22,968 nucleotides of DNA from Thermoplasmatales archaeon SW_10_69_26 (GCA_003009755.1 PXUB01000019.1:1-22968), one strand, 5' to 3'; shown: positions 9,825 through 17,914, numbered from the stretch's first letter. Notes: generated by a model from the sequence alone, not told the origin. Made by a program: numbers and translations.

Positions 9825-10244
9825 ATGGTCCTGAACGTCGGCATGACGGTCGGGTACGGCATCGCCGTCGTCTTCGGGCTCGCGACGATGCTGTTCGGCG
9901 GCCGCGCGCTCAGCGTGCTCCGCCGACCCCCCACCGGTGAGGCCGGGCGTGAGCTCGTGTTCCTCTCCGCCGAGGACCTGGTCGCCCCGATCGGGGTGAC
10001 CCTGTTCGTGTTGCTCATCGAATGGGTGGAGTGGATCGTGATGACCCTGCGCGGAGCGGGCATCGTCACGCTCGCCAGCTTCAACTTCTACGCCAACATC
10101 GTGCAAGGTGGCCTGCTGTTCGTGGCCGCGATCATGCTGTACCGCGTGTTCGTGCCCTACACGCGCTCGCGGCGCGCCCAGCGGTCCCGCATGATCCTCG
10201 ACCGCCTGGCCGCTCGCGTGGCGCTGCTGCGCGGGCGCAAGTAG
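9825..10244 (+). CDS. Membrane protein with about 3 transmembrane segments and a basic C-terminal tail
   Basis: Three long hydrophobic segments. Starts 2 nt after the Roadblock stop, with GGAGG/GAGG upstream. Confidence 0.75.
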   Translation: MVLNVGMTVGYGIAVVFGLATMLFGGRALSVLRRPPTGEAGRELVFLSAEDLVAPIGVTLFVLLIEWVEWIVMTLRGAGIVTLASFNFYANIVQGGLLFVAAIMLYRVFVPYTRSRRAQRSRMILDRLAARVALLRGRK

Positions 10245-10247
10245 CCC

Positions 10248-10856
10248 ATGACCATGGATGGCGACGAGCCGGGCATCGGACCGGACGGCTTCGTGGACGC
10301 CTACGAGGGCCGCCCTCCCTGGGAGGTCGGCGATCCACAGCCGGCGGTCGTCGCCCTCGCCGACGCCGGACGGCTGCAGGGCTCGATCCTCGACGTCGGG
10401 TGCGGCACCGGCGAGAACGCGTTGATGCTCGCCGAACGCGGCTACGAGGTCGTCGGGATCGATTCGGCACCCAACGCGATCGAGCGAGCCCGAGCGAAGG
10501 CCCGCGAGCGGGGTGTGGACGTGGAGTTCCTCACGTTGGACGCCTACGAGCTGGCCTCGCTGGACCGAAGCTTCGACACGGTGGTCGACTCGGCCCTGTT
10601 CCACGTGCTCGCGCACGAGGATCCCGACCGGTACGCCGCGAGCGTCCGGTCGGCAATCCGGGACGGGGGCCGGTTGTTCGTGCTCGCGTTCGAGAGCGGC
10701 CAGGAGGCCGATGGACCCTCGATCCCGCGCGAGGCGATCCAAGCGACCTTCCAGGACGGGTGGACGGTCCAGAGCATCGAGACGACGACCTACGAGACGA
10801 TCGATCCGGACGTCTACAAGCGCCGAGCCCTGTTGGCGACGATCGAAGCCACGTGA
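10248..10856 (+). CDS. Class I SAM-dependent methyltransferase
   Basis: PPWEVGDPQP, ILDVGCGTGE (motif I), GIDSA and FDTVVDSALFH. Confidence 0.92.
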   Translation: MTMDGDEPGIGPDGFVDAYEGRPPWEVGDPQPAVVALADAGRLQGSILDVGCGTGENALMLAERGYEVVGIDSAPNAIERARAKARERGVDVEFLTLDAYELASLDRSFDTVVDSALFHVLAHEDPDRYAASVRSAIRDGGRLFVLAFESGQEADGPSIPREAIQATFQDGWTVQSIETTTYETIDPDVYKRRALLATIEAT

Positions 10857-11021
10857 CCGCCGCCGAGCCGTCGACAGCCGCGGTCACAGGCAGGCCATCT
10901 CTCCCATCGACCCGAGGACACACCGCCGATCGACGAACGATCGGCTGACCCGGTGGGGAAGAGGTTGACCCGGCGGGCTCGATGGTCGTGACGGGGAGCC
11001 CGCCGGAGGGGAGCTGAGCCC

Positions 11022-11930
11022 TCAGCTCAGCTTCTCGGTGATCGCCGGCAGCACGTCGTAGAGGTCGCCGACGAGCCCGTAGTCCGCGTGCTCGAAGAAC
11101 GGCGCGTTCTCGTCGGTGTTGACGACGACGATGAGCTCGGAGTCGCGGCAGCCGGCCAGGTGCTGGATCTGGCCGCTGACCCCAGCCGCCACGTAGACCT
11201 CGGGCGTGACGACCTTGCCGGAGAGGCCGATCCAGCGGTCGTCCCCGAGCCAGTGCAGGTCGGCGCTGATCGGGCGCGAGCACCCGACGACGCCGCCCAT
11301 CGACTCGGCCGTGTCGAAGACGAGCTCCATGTCGTCCTCCTCCTCGACGCCGCGACCGAAGGCGACGACGACGTCGGCCTCCTCGATGTTGACGCCCTCC
11401 TCGTCGCGCTGCTCGAGGCTGACGCGTTCGACGCGGCCCTTGCCGGGCGAGACCTGGATCGTCTCGACCGGGGCCGGGTCGCCGGTGGCCGGCTCGAAGC
11501 TGTGGGGGGCGATCGTGGCCACGACGTCGTCCGTCTGGGGGACCTCGTTGGCCATCGTCTTGCCGCCCATGAACTTGCGACGGAACGTCCCCTCCTCGGG
11601 GATCTCGAGCGCGGTCACGATGTAGCCGGCGTCGAGCTTGGCGGCCAGCTGGGGGCCGATCTCCTTGCCGCGGCGGTTGCCGCCGACGAGGACGCGGTCG
11701 GCGCCGACCTCGTCGACGATCTCGGACAGCGCGGTGGCGACCGGGTCGACGTGGTACTCGTCGAGACCGTCGCCTTGGGCCGTGTAGACCTTGGACGCGC
11801 CGGGAACCTCGGGGTCCTCGGCGGCCGGACCGAGCGCGGCCGCGACGACCTCGTCGCCGATCTTCTCGCCGGCGGTGACGAGCTCGGCGAACAGGTCCTC
11901 GTCGGTCGCGAAGACGAGCACGGTGCTCAT
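11022..11930 (-). CDS. etfA: Electron transfer flavoprotein alpha subunit
   Basis: IEEADVVVAFGRG, VGCSRP, IGLSGKVVTP, GVSGQIQHLAG, NTDENAPFF and DYGLVGDL. Confidence 0.95.
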   Translation of the reverse strand: MSTVLVFATDEDLFAELVTAGEKIGDEVVAAALGPAAEDPEVPGASKVYTAQGDGLDEYHVDPVATALSEIVDEVGADRVLVGGNRRGKEIGPQLAAKLDAGYIVTALEIPEEGTFRRKFMGGKTMANEVPQTDDVVATIAPHSFEPATGDPAPVETIQVSPGKGRVERVSLEQRDEEGVNIEEADVVVAFGRGVEEEDDMELVFDTAESMGGVVGCSRPISADLHWLGDDRWIGLSGKVVTPEVYVAAGVSGQIQHLAGCRDSELIVVVNTDENAPFFEHADYGLVGDLYDVLPAITEKLS

Positions 11931-12704
11931 CTAGATCACCCCTTCGGACTGGAGGTTCTCGACGAGCCACTCGGCCGCCTCGTCGGGGTCGTCGACCTCC
12001 ATGATCTCCTTCTTGCGGGTCTCCTCGGGGGCCTTGTTCTCGACGATGCGGACGGTGGGCTCGGTGTCGACGCCCAGGTCCTCGGCCGAGAGCTCGGTCA
12101 AGGGCTTGTTCTTGGCCTGCAGGATCTCGGTCAGGGACGGGAGCCGCGGGTCGTTGATCGACTCGACGACCGTGATGACGGCGGGCGTCGGGGCGCGGAG
12201 GGTCTCGATGCCCTCGTCGATCTCGCGTTCGACCTCGACGGATCCATCGGTGAGCTCGACGTCGAAGACGTAGGAGAGCAGCGGGGCGTCGATGAGCTCG
12301 GCCACCATCGGCCCGGTCGAGGCCGTGTGGCTGTCGGCCGACTCCTCGCTGGCGAACACCAGGTCGACGTCGCCGGCCTCTTCGACGGCGCCGGCCAGCG
12401 CCTCGCACTTGCGAAGCTTACCGCCCTCGAGGAGCTCGGGTTCGTTGATGTGGAACGCCTCGTCGGCGCCCATCGCGAGCACCTCGCGCAGCGACTCCTC
12501 GGCCTGGTCGTCGCCGAGCGTGATCGCCACGATCTCCTCGACCTCACCGTCCTCCTTGAGCTGGACGGCGGCCTCGATCGCGTTCTTGTCGTAGAGGGAG
12601 ATCACGCGTTCGGCGCGACTCGTATCCGGCTCACGGGTCGAGTCGTCGATCCGGACCTCCTCTGTGTTGGGGACCTGTTTCACGAGGACGGCGGCCTTCA
12701 CCAC
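11931..12704 (-). CDS. etfB: Electron transfer flavoprotein beta subunit
   Basis: VLVKQVP, YDKNAIEAAVQLKE, LAMGADEA and INDPRLPSL. Its stop abuts the etfA ATG. Confidence 0.95.
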   Translation of the reverse strand: MVKAAVLVKQVPNTEEVRIDDSTREPDTSRAERVISLYDKNAIEAAVQLKEDGEVEEIVAITLGDDQAEESLREVLAMGADEAFHINEPELLEGGKLRKCEALAGAVEEAGDVDLVFASEESADSHTASTGPMVAELIDAPLLSYVFDVELTDGSVEVEREIDEGIETLRAPTPAVITVVESINDPRLPSLTEILQAKNKPLTELSAEDLGVDTEPTVRIVENKAPEETRKKEIMEVDDPDEAAEWLVENLQSEGVI

Positions 12705-12796
12705 GGGTTACACCTTGGCGGCGCAACCTGCAGAGGGTATAAATGCCTGACCCACGGGCGGCTAGGGGCCGGGCAGAGATGGGCGCCAGCCGGCGA

Positions 12797-12964
12797 TCAG
12801 CGGCTCACGCCGGGCTCGGCCTCGTCTTCGCCGGAGGCCTGGCTGACGCCGAGCACGGCCTCGCAGGAGGGACAGATGTGCACCGTGACGAGGGATGCCT
12901 GGCTGGCCTCCTCGTCGATCCCGAGCATCGCGATCTCCGCCTCGCAGTGAGGGCAACGCGCCAT
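12797..12964 (-). CDS. 55-aa single zinc-finger small protein (CPHC...CPSC), absent from the ORF track
   Basis: Manual translation MARCPHCEAEIAMLGIDEEASQASLVTVHICPSCEAVLGVSQASGEDEAEPGVSR*. AT-richer TTCAAG ~25 nt upstream of the ATG. Confidence 0.8.
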   Translation of the reverse strand: MARCPHCEAEIAMLGIDEEASQASLVTVHICPSCEAVLGVSQASGEDEAEPGVSR

Positions 12965-13091
12965 ACGCGGGGATAGAGCACCCGGTCCTTGAACGGCTCG
13001 GGAACGGACCAGTGCCGGCCGAGGGTGGGGACTCGGACCTGGGACGGGCTGGTGTCGGCGGCTCGCGGCTGCGCCGAGGCTCGTTGCGGGT

Positions 13092-13658
13092 CTAGCCTTC
13101 GACGACCTCGATCATCTCGCCGAAGGCGAGCGTGCCGGAGATGTTGTTGATCTTGGCCTTGACGACCTGACCCTTGCCGGCGCCCTCGACGAAGATCGTG
13201 TACTTGTCCTTGTGCGCGACGCCGTCGCCCTGGCGGCCGGTGTCCTCGATCTTGAGCTCGTAGACCTCGCCTTCCTCGACGGCGTCGGCCTCTTGCTCGG
13301 TCTCGGCCGTGGGCTTGCGAGCCCGGACGGGTCGGTGGCCACCGCAGGCATCGCACTGGAGGACCAGCGTGCGGCCTTCCTTCTGGAGGTGGGTGTCCGG
13401 TCGCCCGCACTCCGAGCACAGCACGTAGGTCTCGACGTAGCCCTCGAGCCGGGCCGCACCCATCTCACGCAGCAGGCGGGGCACAACCTCGTCGGGATCG
13501 CGGTTCAGGCGATCCAGCACGTCGGCAAAGTTCCGCACGACGGTGGTCTTCCCCTCCTTGCGGATGTTGAGATCCGGGAGCTGGAAGCGCTCCTGCTGGG
13601 TGATCGGCTCCGGGAGCTCCTCCTTGGCCCGGTCGAGCAGGGAATCGTAGTCGGACAT
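13092..13658 (-). CDS. eif2b: Translation initiation factor aIF2 beta subunit with C-terminal TRAM domain (appears internally shortened)
   Basis: DYDSLLDRA, ERF..P, EGKTTVVRNF, LNRDP, zinc ribbon CSECGRPDT...CDACG, and TRAM motif VEEGEVYELKIEDTGRQGDGVA...IFV.GA.KG. Confidence 0.93.
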   Translation of the reverse strand: MSDYDSLLDRAKEELPEPITQQERFQLPDLNIRKEGKTTVVRNFADVLDRLNRDPDEVVPRLLREMGAARLEGYVETYVLCSECGRPDTHLQKEGRTLVLQCDACGGHRPVRARKPTAETEQEADAVEEGEVYELKIEDTGRQGDGVAHKDKYTIFVEGAGKGQVVKAKINNISGTLAFGEMIEVVEG

Positions 13659-13879
13659 GTTGACGACAAGTAGCCCCGGCTCCGGTAAAAAGGTGAGGCA
13701 AAGCGGCGGTCACGTGGCCATCAACCCCCGCTCCTCCTCGATCGCCTCAGTGATGGAAGCTGTCGTGACCCGACTACATGGGTTTTGGGTTTCTGCTGAC
13801 CGCCAGCTCAGCGAATCCCTGCCTGTCATCGTTCCCCGCATGTATCGAGAAACCAGGCAAACGATCGGAGGGTTGACGC

Positions 13880-14665
13880 ATGGATGGAAAAACCGGACTG
13901 TACGTGACCTTCCTTCTCGCCGCCTCGATTGCCTCCACGGGCATGGCTGGCGCGTACGAGGGTTATATCAGTTACATCAACGACTACCAGGACCCGGACT
14001 CCGACCTACCTGAATGCGAGGATAACGCGAACAACATCAGAGACGAACTGAACGCCGAAGGGACCTACACGGTCGACAAATACGGTGAGATGAACGCCAA
14101 GGAATCCCACTGGAAGAGCGGCGGGGATAGCTCCTACGCGGATTGGGGAGATCTTTCGTATTTCTGTGGGCACGGGGGAACCTACGATGCCGGTGATCAG
14201 ATTCGGAGCTTCCAGGCTTTTACACCCCAGGGAGGCGAATCAGAGTACTTGTACGGAAACGAACTTAATCTCGGTGATACCGACGCAGAGTGGGCCACGT
14301 TCGATTCGTCACACAGTCTCTACATCGACGACGAGAATAACCTTGCGAACCTCGCCGAATGGCATAGTGGTTTCGACTACCTGAACTTGCTGATTGGGTG
14401 GCATACTTCTCCAGCCGACACTGACACAGGCGGAGAGTTCTACGATTCGATGTTCGATACGGGCAGCTTAGACGGAGGAGGCGAGAAGATCAAGGCTTCC
14501 CGGTTCGCCTCGGACGGGGGGTGTTCTGGAAATTCAGGCGAGTACCAGACCATCATCGGCGAAAAGGCGACCTTCAGTAATGATTACGCCTGGAGCGAAG
14601 GGGGTCCCGCTGCGGGCAGCCAGGCGAACGACGGGAGCTACGTCTATTGGGGGAACTCTTGCTAG
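13880..14665 (+). CDS. Secreted DUF6345-like protein (caspase/gingipain clan CD-like motifs)
   Basis: Signal peptide ending AGA. Motifs D..DLSYFCGHG, LGDTDAEWATFDSS..L, W..GF..L.LLIG.H and G.EF. GGAGG upstream. Family recognised from memory. Confidence 0.7.
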   Translation: MDGKTGLYVTFLLAASIASTGMAGAYEGYISYINDYQDPDSDLPECEDNANNIRDELNAEGTYTVDKYGEMNAKESHWKSGGDSSYADWGDLSYFCGHGGTYDAGDQIRSFQAFTPQGGESEYLYGNELNLGDTDAEWATFDSSHSLYIDDENNLANLAEWHSGFDYLNLLIGWHTSPADTDTGGEFYDSMFDTGSLDGGGEKIKASRFASDGGCSGNSGEYQTIIGEKATFSNDYAWSEGGPAAGSQANDGSYVYWGNSC

Positions 14666-14677
14666 GAGGTATCGATA

Positions 14678-15649
14678 ATGATTGAGATTGCACCGAGAGG
14701 CATTTGGGTAACCGCCCTCGCCGTCGCCCTCTTGACCGTAGCGCTTCCCCCCTCGCTCGATCTGGGGGAAGAGGGTAGCGAGTACCAACTTCCCGCGGAT
14801 CGCGGAGCGCAGGCGTCACCTTCCACCGAGTGGGCGCTCGGCAGTTTCGAGCCTCCCAACCGGATGGCGATTTACAGCCACGTCGACGACGAACGATCCG
14901 CCGTCGAGGCCCTACAAATCGCAGAGAACGTTGGGGTAAAGGTCCCATCGATCGACTACGACGCTTCTCGGGGATCCTACTACGTCGAAGATGGGGTCAG
15001 CTCGTACGAAGTTGTCGTCTACGAGACACCCGATAGCTTCCTTCTCCGGGACGAGACCATTTTCGACACGATTACCGACGGGAAGCAACCGGACCTCCCG
15101 ACCGAGACTGAGGGCAAGGAACTCGCCCTCGAGTACCTGGCGGAGAGCGATCAGCTGCCGGCGGAGCAAGCCGTCGACACTGCGGCCCCGGACTACTACT
15201 GGAATACGCAGGTGGAGGTCAATACGACGACCGATGAGAAAACGGTGCTGAAGACGAACCTCCAGGTTCGTTTCGACCGTCAAGTGGATGGATACCCTGC
15301 ATCGGGTGGCGGAAGCAAGCTCTATGTCCATTTCAGCGACGGATCCCACCTCGCTGGCGTGACCAAGGCATGGCCCGCCCTCGAGAAGGAAGGAAGCGAG
15401 GATCTTCGGACCCTCGGCGAGGCGATGGCGATGGTCAACAAGAGCAGTAGCAATATGAGGATGGATGTACCGCCAAACTGCGCCAACCTGAAGCTCACCT
15501 CTGGGCAGATCGAATACCACGTCCCCGGCCCTCAAAGCACCGAGACCCAAGCTTTCCCCGTGTTCTCTTTCCTCGGGTCCTGCGAGGGTATTGACGGTGA
15601 CCCGATCACCGGAGAGAAAGCGCAGGTCCTCGTCCCCGCAGTCGGGTGA
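14678..15649 (+). CDS. Exported or membrane-anchored protein with FTP/PepSY(YcdB/YycI)-like pattern
   Basis: N-terminal hydrophobic segment. LPTE.E..ELA..YL, VRFDRQVDGYP..GGG.KLYVHF...G.LAGV, LRT..EA, and IEY....AFPVFSF.G. GGAGGT SD. Confidence 0.65.
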   Translation: MIEIAPRGIWVTALAVALLTVALPPSLDLGEEGSEYQLPADRGAQASPSTEWALGSFEPPNRMAIYSHVDDERSAVEALQIAENVGVKVPSIDYDASRGSYYVEDGVSSYEVVVYETPDSFLLRDETIFDTITDGKQPDLPTETEGKELALEYLAESDQLPAEQAVDTAAPDYYWNTQVEVNTTTDEKTVLKTNLQVRFDRQVDGYPASGGGSKLYVHFSDGSHLAGVTKAWPALEKEGSEDLRTLGEAMAMVNKSSSNMRMDVPPNCANLKLTSGQIEYHVPGPQSTETQAFPVFSFLGSCEGIDGDPITGEKAQVLVPAVG

Positions 15650-15657
15650 ATAAGGAG

Positions 15658-16155
15658 ATGGCTCGTTCACCCCCTCTTTTTCTGTTCCTTTCCTTGATGC
15701 TACTGTCCCAGGGATGCATCGGGTCTCAGAACGACCGCCAGGAGTTCGCCGATGATCTGGAACCTAGCGTCGAGAGCGTCGAAGTACGCGACCAGGGTAC
15801 AACTGCGACGTATCAGCCCGAAGCGGCCAACGTGAGCTCGGTCATCGAAGAGATGCTGTTCCTCCTTTATGAGGTGCACAACGTCGAACGGACGTTCTAT
15901 CAGGCCAACGGCACTGAAGCCATACTCAACAACAGCGAGTACGTCCGCTTGGACTTCGGTTCGCAGGAGAACATCACGTTGCCGAACTATCGAGGAACGG
16001 AGGTGAAGATGGACAAGGTCATCGCCATCCTCTCCTCCTCGCAGGAAACAGCCCCTATCGGCCGCCTGCTGTTATGCTCTGATCTCGCCTGCAGCCCTTA
16101 TGCCACGGACCGTCCGTTGCACCCTCTGAGGTCCACCCTGAATGACATGCCCTGA
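15658..16155 (+). CDS. Predicted lipoprotein
   Basis: Hydrophobic LFLFLSLMLL followed by archaeal lipobox-like SQGC-IG. ATG 15658 (GTG 15646 overlapping the upstream stop is an alternative). Confidence 0.7.
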   Translation: MARSPPLFLFLSLMLLSQGCIGSQNDRQEFADDLEPSVESVEVRDQGTTATYQPEAANVSSVIEEMLFLLYEVHNVERTFYQANGTEAILNNSEYVRLDFGSQENITLPNYRGTEVKMDKVIAILSSSQETAPIGRLLLCSDLACSPYATDRPLHPLRSTLNDMP

Positions 16156-16229
16156 GCGGCAACTCGACGAGTAGCTCCGAGCACAGTGGGCGAAGCCCTA
16201 AAGTATGAACGAGAACGGAAAGGAATAAC

Positions 16230-16754
16230 GTGGCGGCGGACGAAGGAACGGATAGCGAGTTCGGACCCGAAGTCGAGGGGGATTTGACGGAACTCCTCGG
16301 CTCCGACCTCCTACGTTCAGCCCAGACGAAACTTCTGATCCTCTCGAGATTGAGAGATCGGCGTTCCACCGGCGCAGAACTGGCGAAAATGCTCGATGTC
16401 GACCGGAGTGCCGTGTACCGGCACCTGGCGGACCTTGATGAGGGAGGCTACGTCGAACGCCACGAAACTGGCCGGAAGTGGATCTACTACGAGCTAACGT
16501 CGAAGGGGAAGACACTAGCGCGGGCCAGCAACCACCTGTTCAAGATCTCCGTCCTTTTTGCGCTCGGAGGGGTCCTCGGCTACCTGATCCTTCGGTGGCT
16601 TGCCGCGCTCTGGACGTGGGAACCCGTAACTCGCGACGTGGGCCCATATACCCCCCGACCCGAATTCCCCCTTCTGCCGGTTCTCAGTGTCCTCGCCCTT
16701 GGACTCATCGTCTTCCTTGTATCGTACCTCCGTCGACGATGGAACACATCGTAG
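16230..16754 (+). CDS. ArsR-like winged-helix regulator with two C-terminal transmembrane helices
   Basis: TKLLILSRL...STGAELAKMLDVDRSAVYRHLADL.E.GYVER...KWIYYELT.KG, followed by two hydrophobic segments and a basic tail. Confidence 0.85.
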   Translation: MAADEGTDSEFGPEVEGDLTELLGSDLLRSAQTKLLILSRLRDRRSTGAELAKMLDVDRSAVYRHLADLDEGGYVERHETGRKWIYYELTSKGKTLARASNHLFKISVLFALGGVLGYLILRWLAALWTWEPVTRDVGPYTPRPEFPLLPVLSVLALGLIVFLVSYLRRRWNTS

Positions 16755-16788
16755 ACCGGGCCTGGCCCCAACTCTGCGGGTGGCCACG

Positions 16789-17216
16789 TCACTGCCGGTC
16801 AATAGGATCGAGGCCGTGACCACCGAAGCTGGCCCACGCGAGGGGGATCGCCTCGCCGGTCGCCAGAAGGACGAGCACCAACAGCATCCCCTCGAGCGGG
16901 CCGCCAGTCGGAGAGAGATCCCCGATCGAGGCGTTGGGCGGGAACCAGGCGATCTCCGGTCGCCCCGAACAGCCAAGACCGCCCACGTGAGAAGCGCCAG
17001 CGGCGCGATCACGCCCTCGGGGACTGCGTCGAACATCGCGGTCATCAGGCCCACGAAGGCAGCCTGCAGCGCAGGGGCGAGCGCGAGGGTGCCGACCTTC
17101 GCGATGGGGCTTCAACGCGGCTCTATCGAGTGCGGGTGTGGTTCCACCACCACGCATGACACCGCAACACGTCCTGCAGCGAGGCCCGCGTATGCCAGGT
17201 TCCCGGCCTTCGCCAT
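16789..17216 (-). pseudogene. Degraded membrane-protein gene
   Basis: ATG 17216 with an in-frame TGA at 17112-17114. Hydrophobic segments (TLALAPALQAAFVGLM, IAPLALLTWAVLAV) continue in a different frame (GMLLVLVLLATGEAIPLAW). TATAAG box at ~17279-17284. Confidence 0.45.
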
Positions 17217-17539
17217 GCCCCGATGTGAGGCTCGCTATCACGGGGATCGTGCCACGTGATCGTCCCGTGGTCGCTGCTCTTATAGGCCACCGCCCCGCCG
17301 GCCATCGCTCCGACGCACCCCAAGCGGCACCCCGCCGGCGGTCAAGTGGCGGCGGCGTCGTGACCATCGCTGCCTTCGGCCGACGGCGAGCAGCCGGATC
17401 TCGAATCCGATCAAAGAGGGGCCCACGACGCTTTCCCTCAGCCCCAGCCCGCTCTCGACAACGATCCCCCTCCCGACCGGTCGCCCACTGACCGATTTCC
17501 TCCGCCCCATCTACCTCCTTCCTTCGCCGAGGCCGACGA

Positions 17540-17641
17540 ACATCGGCGACTGAAGGGTCGGACCGAGCAGGAAGCCCCCGTAGGACCCGATCTCCGATCG
17601 AGTGGGCTTCCTGCGATGGGAGACTCTGAGGGAGCCGATGT
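17540..17641. repeat. Degenerate ~102-bp palindrome (rod-like hairpin)
   Basis: ACATCGGC/GCCGATGT, GGGTC/GACTC and a perfect 11-bp GCAGGAAGCCC (17567-17577)/GGGCTTCCTGC (17604-17614), separated by 7x7 internal loops. Confidence 0.55.
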
Positions 17642-17785
17642 GAGGAGGAGGACCCCGTTTTTCGCCCCCCTGTAACGTCCGCGATCATCGTGAGGCTGAT
17701 GTGTCAGCCCACTCTGCGGATTGACCCTGGGGGCGGGCCGCCCGGGGGTACCGGGGGAGGCCGGGGGACGAGGTCCCCACCGGGG

Positions 17786-17887
17786 TCCTGTATGGCGGCG
17801 CGTTGCCCCGGCATCATCGACGGGCCCGGGAAGGGGGTCAGCCTCCCGATCGGCCCACTCGCCAGGCGCCCATCAGGCGCGCCGCCA
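17786..17887 (-). ncRNA. Archaeal box H/ACA guide RNA (single hairpin), predicted target 23S rRNA A-loop U2554 (E. coli numbering)
   Basis: Lower stem GGCGGCGC/GCGCCGCC. Pocket strands UGAUGGGCG (17875-17867) and CAAC (17805-17802). Upper stem CCUGGC/GCCGGG with K-turn-like GA/GAUGAU. ACA at 17791-17789, 14 nt from the start of the 3' guide. Own TATA-like box ~25 nt upstream. Confidence 0.75.
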
Positions 17888-17908
17888 GCGCGTGCTAGGT
17901 CGTCCCCC

Positions 17909-17914
17909 GTTAAG
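17909..17914 (-). promoter_or_regulatory. TATA-like box for the H/ACA RNA
   Basis: CTTAAC on the minus strand, centred ~25 nt upstream of the hairpin 5' end (17886) and divergent from the serB promoter. Confidence 0.5.

Noticed and set aside
13700-17700. Integrated provirus or plasmid
   Set aside because: No integrase, replication or virion genes, no tRNA and no att-like direct repeat found. Only the compositional shift is supported.
17786-17887. tRNA (including tRNA-Sec), suggested by the 9-bp terminal stem ending GCCA and a CU-GAC loop
   Set aside because: No D arm, no T arm or TTCRA motif, and the fold is a rod rather than a cloverleaf. The H/ACA interpretation explains the pocket and ACA.
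17640-17900. SRP RNA or RNase P RNA (CCCCTGTAAC and GGGCCCGGGAAGGGGG look-alikes)
   Set aside because: The SRP helix 8 CAGG-GNRA-AGCA motif and the RNase P GAGGAAAGUCC / ACAGAA..GCUUA motifs are absent.
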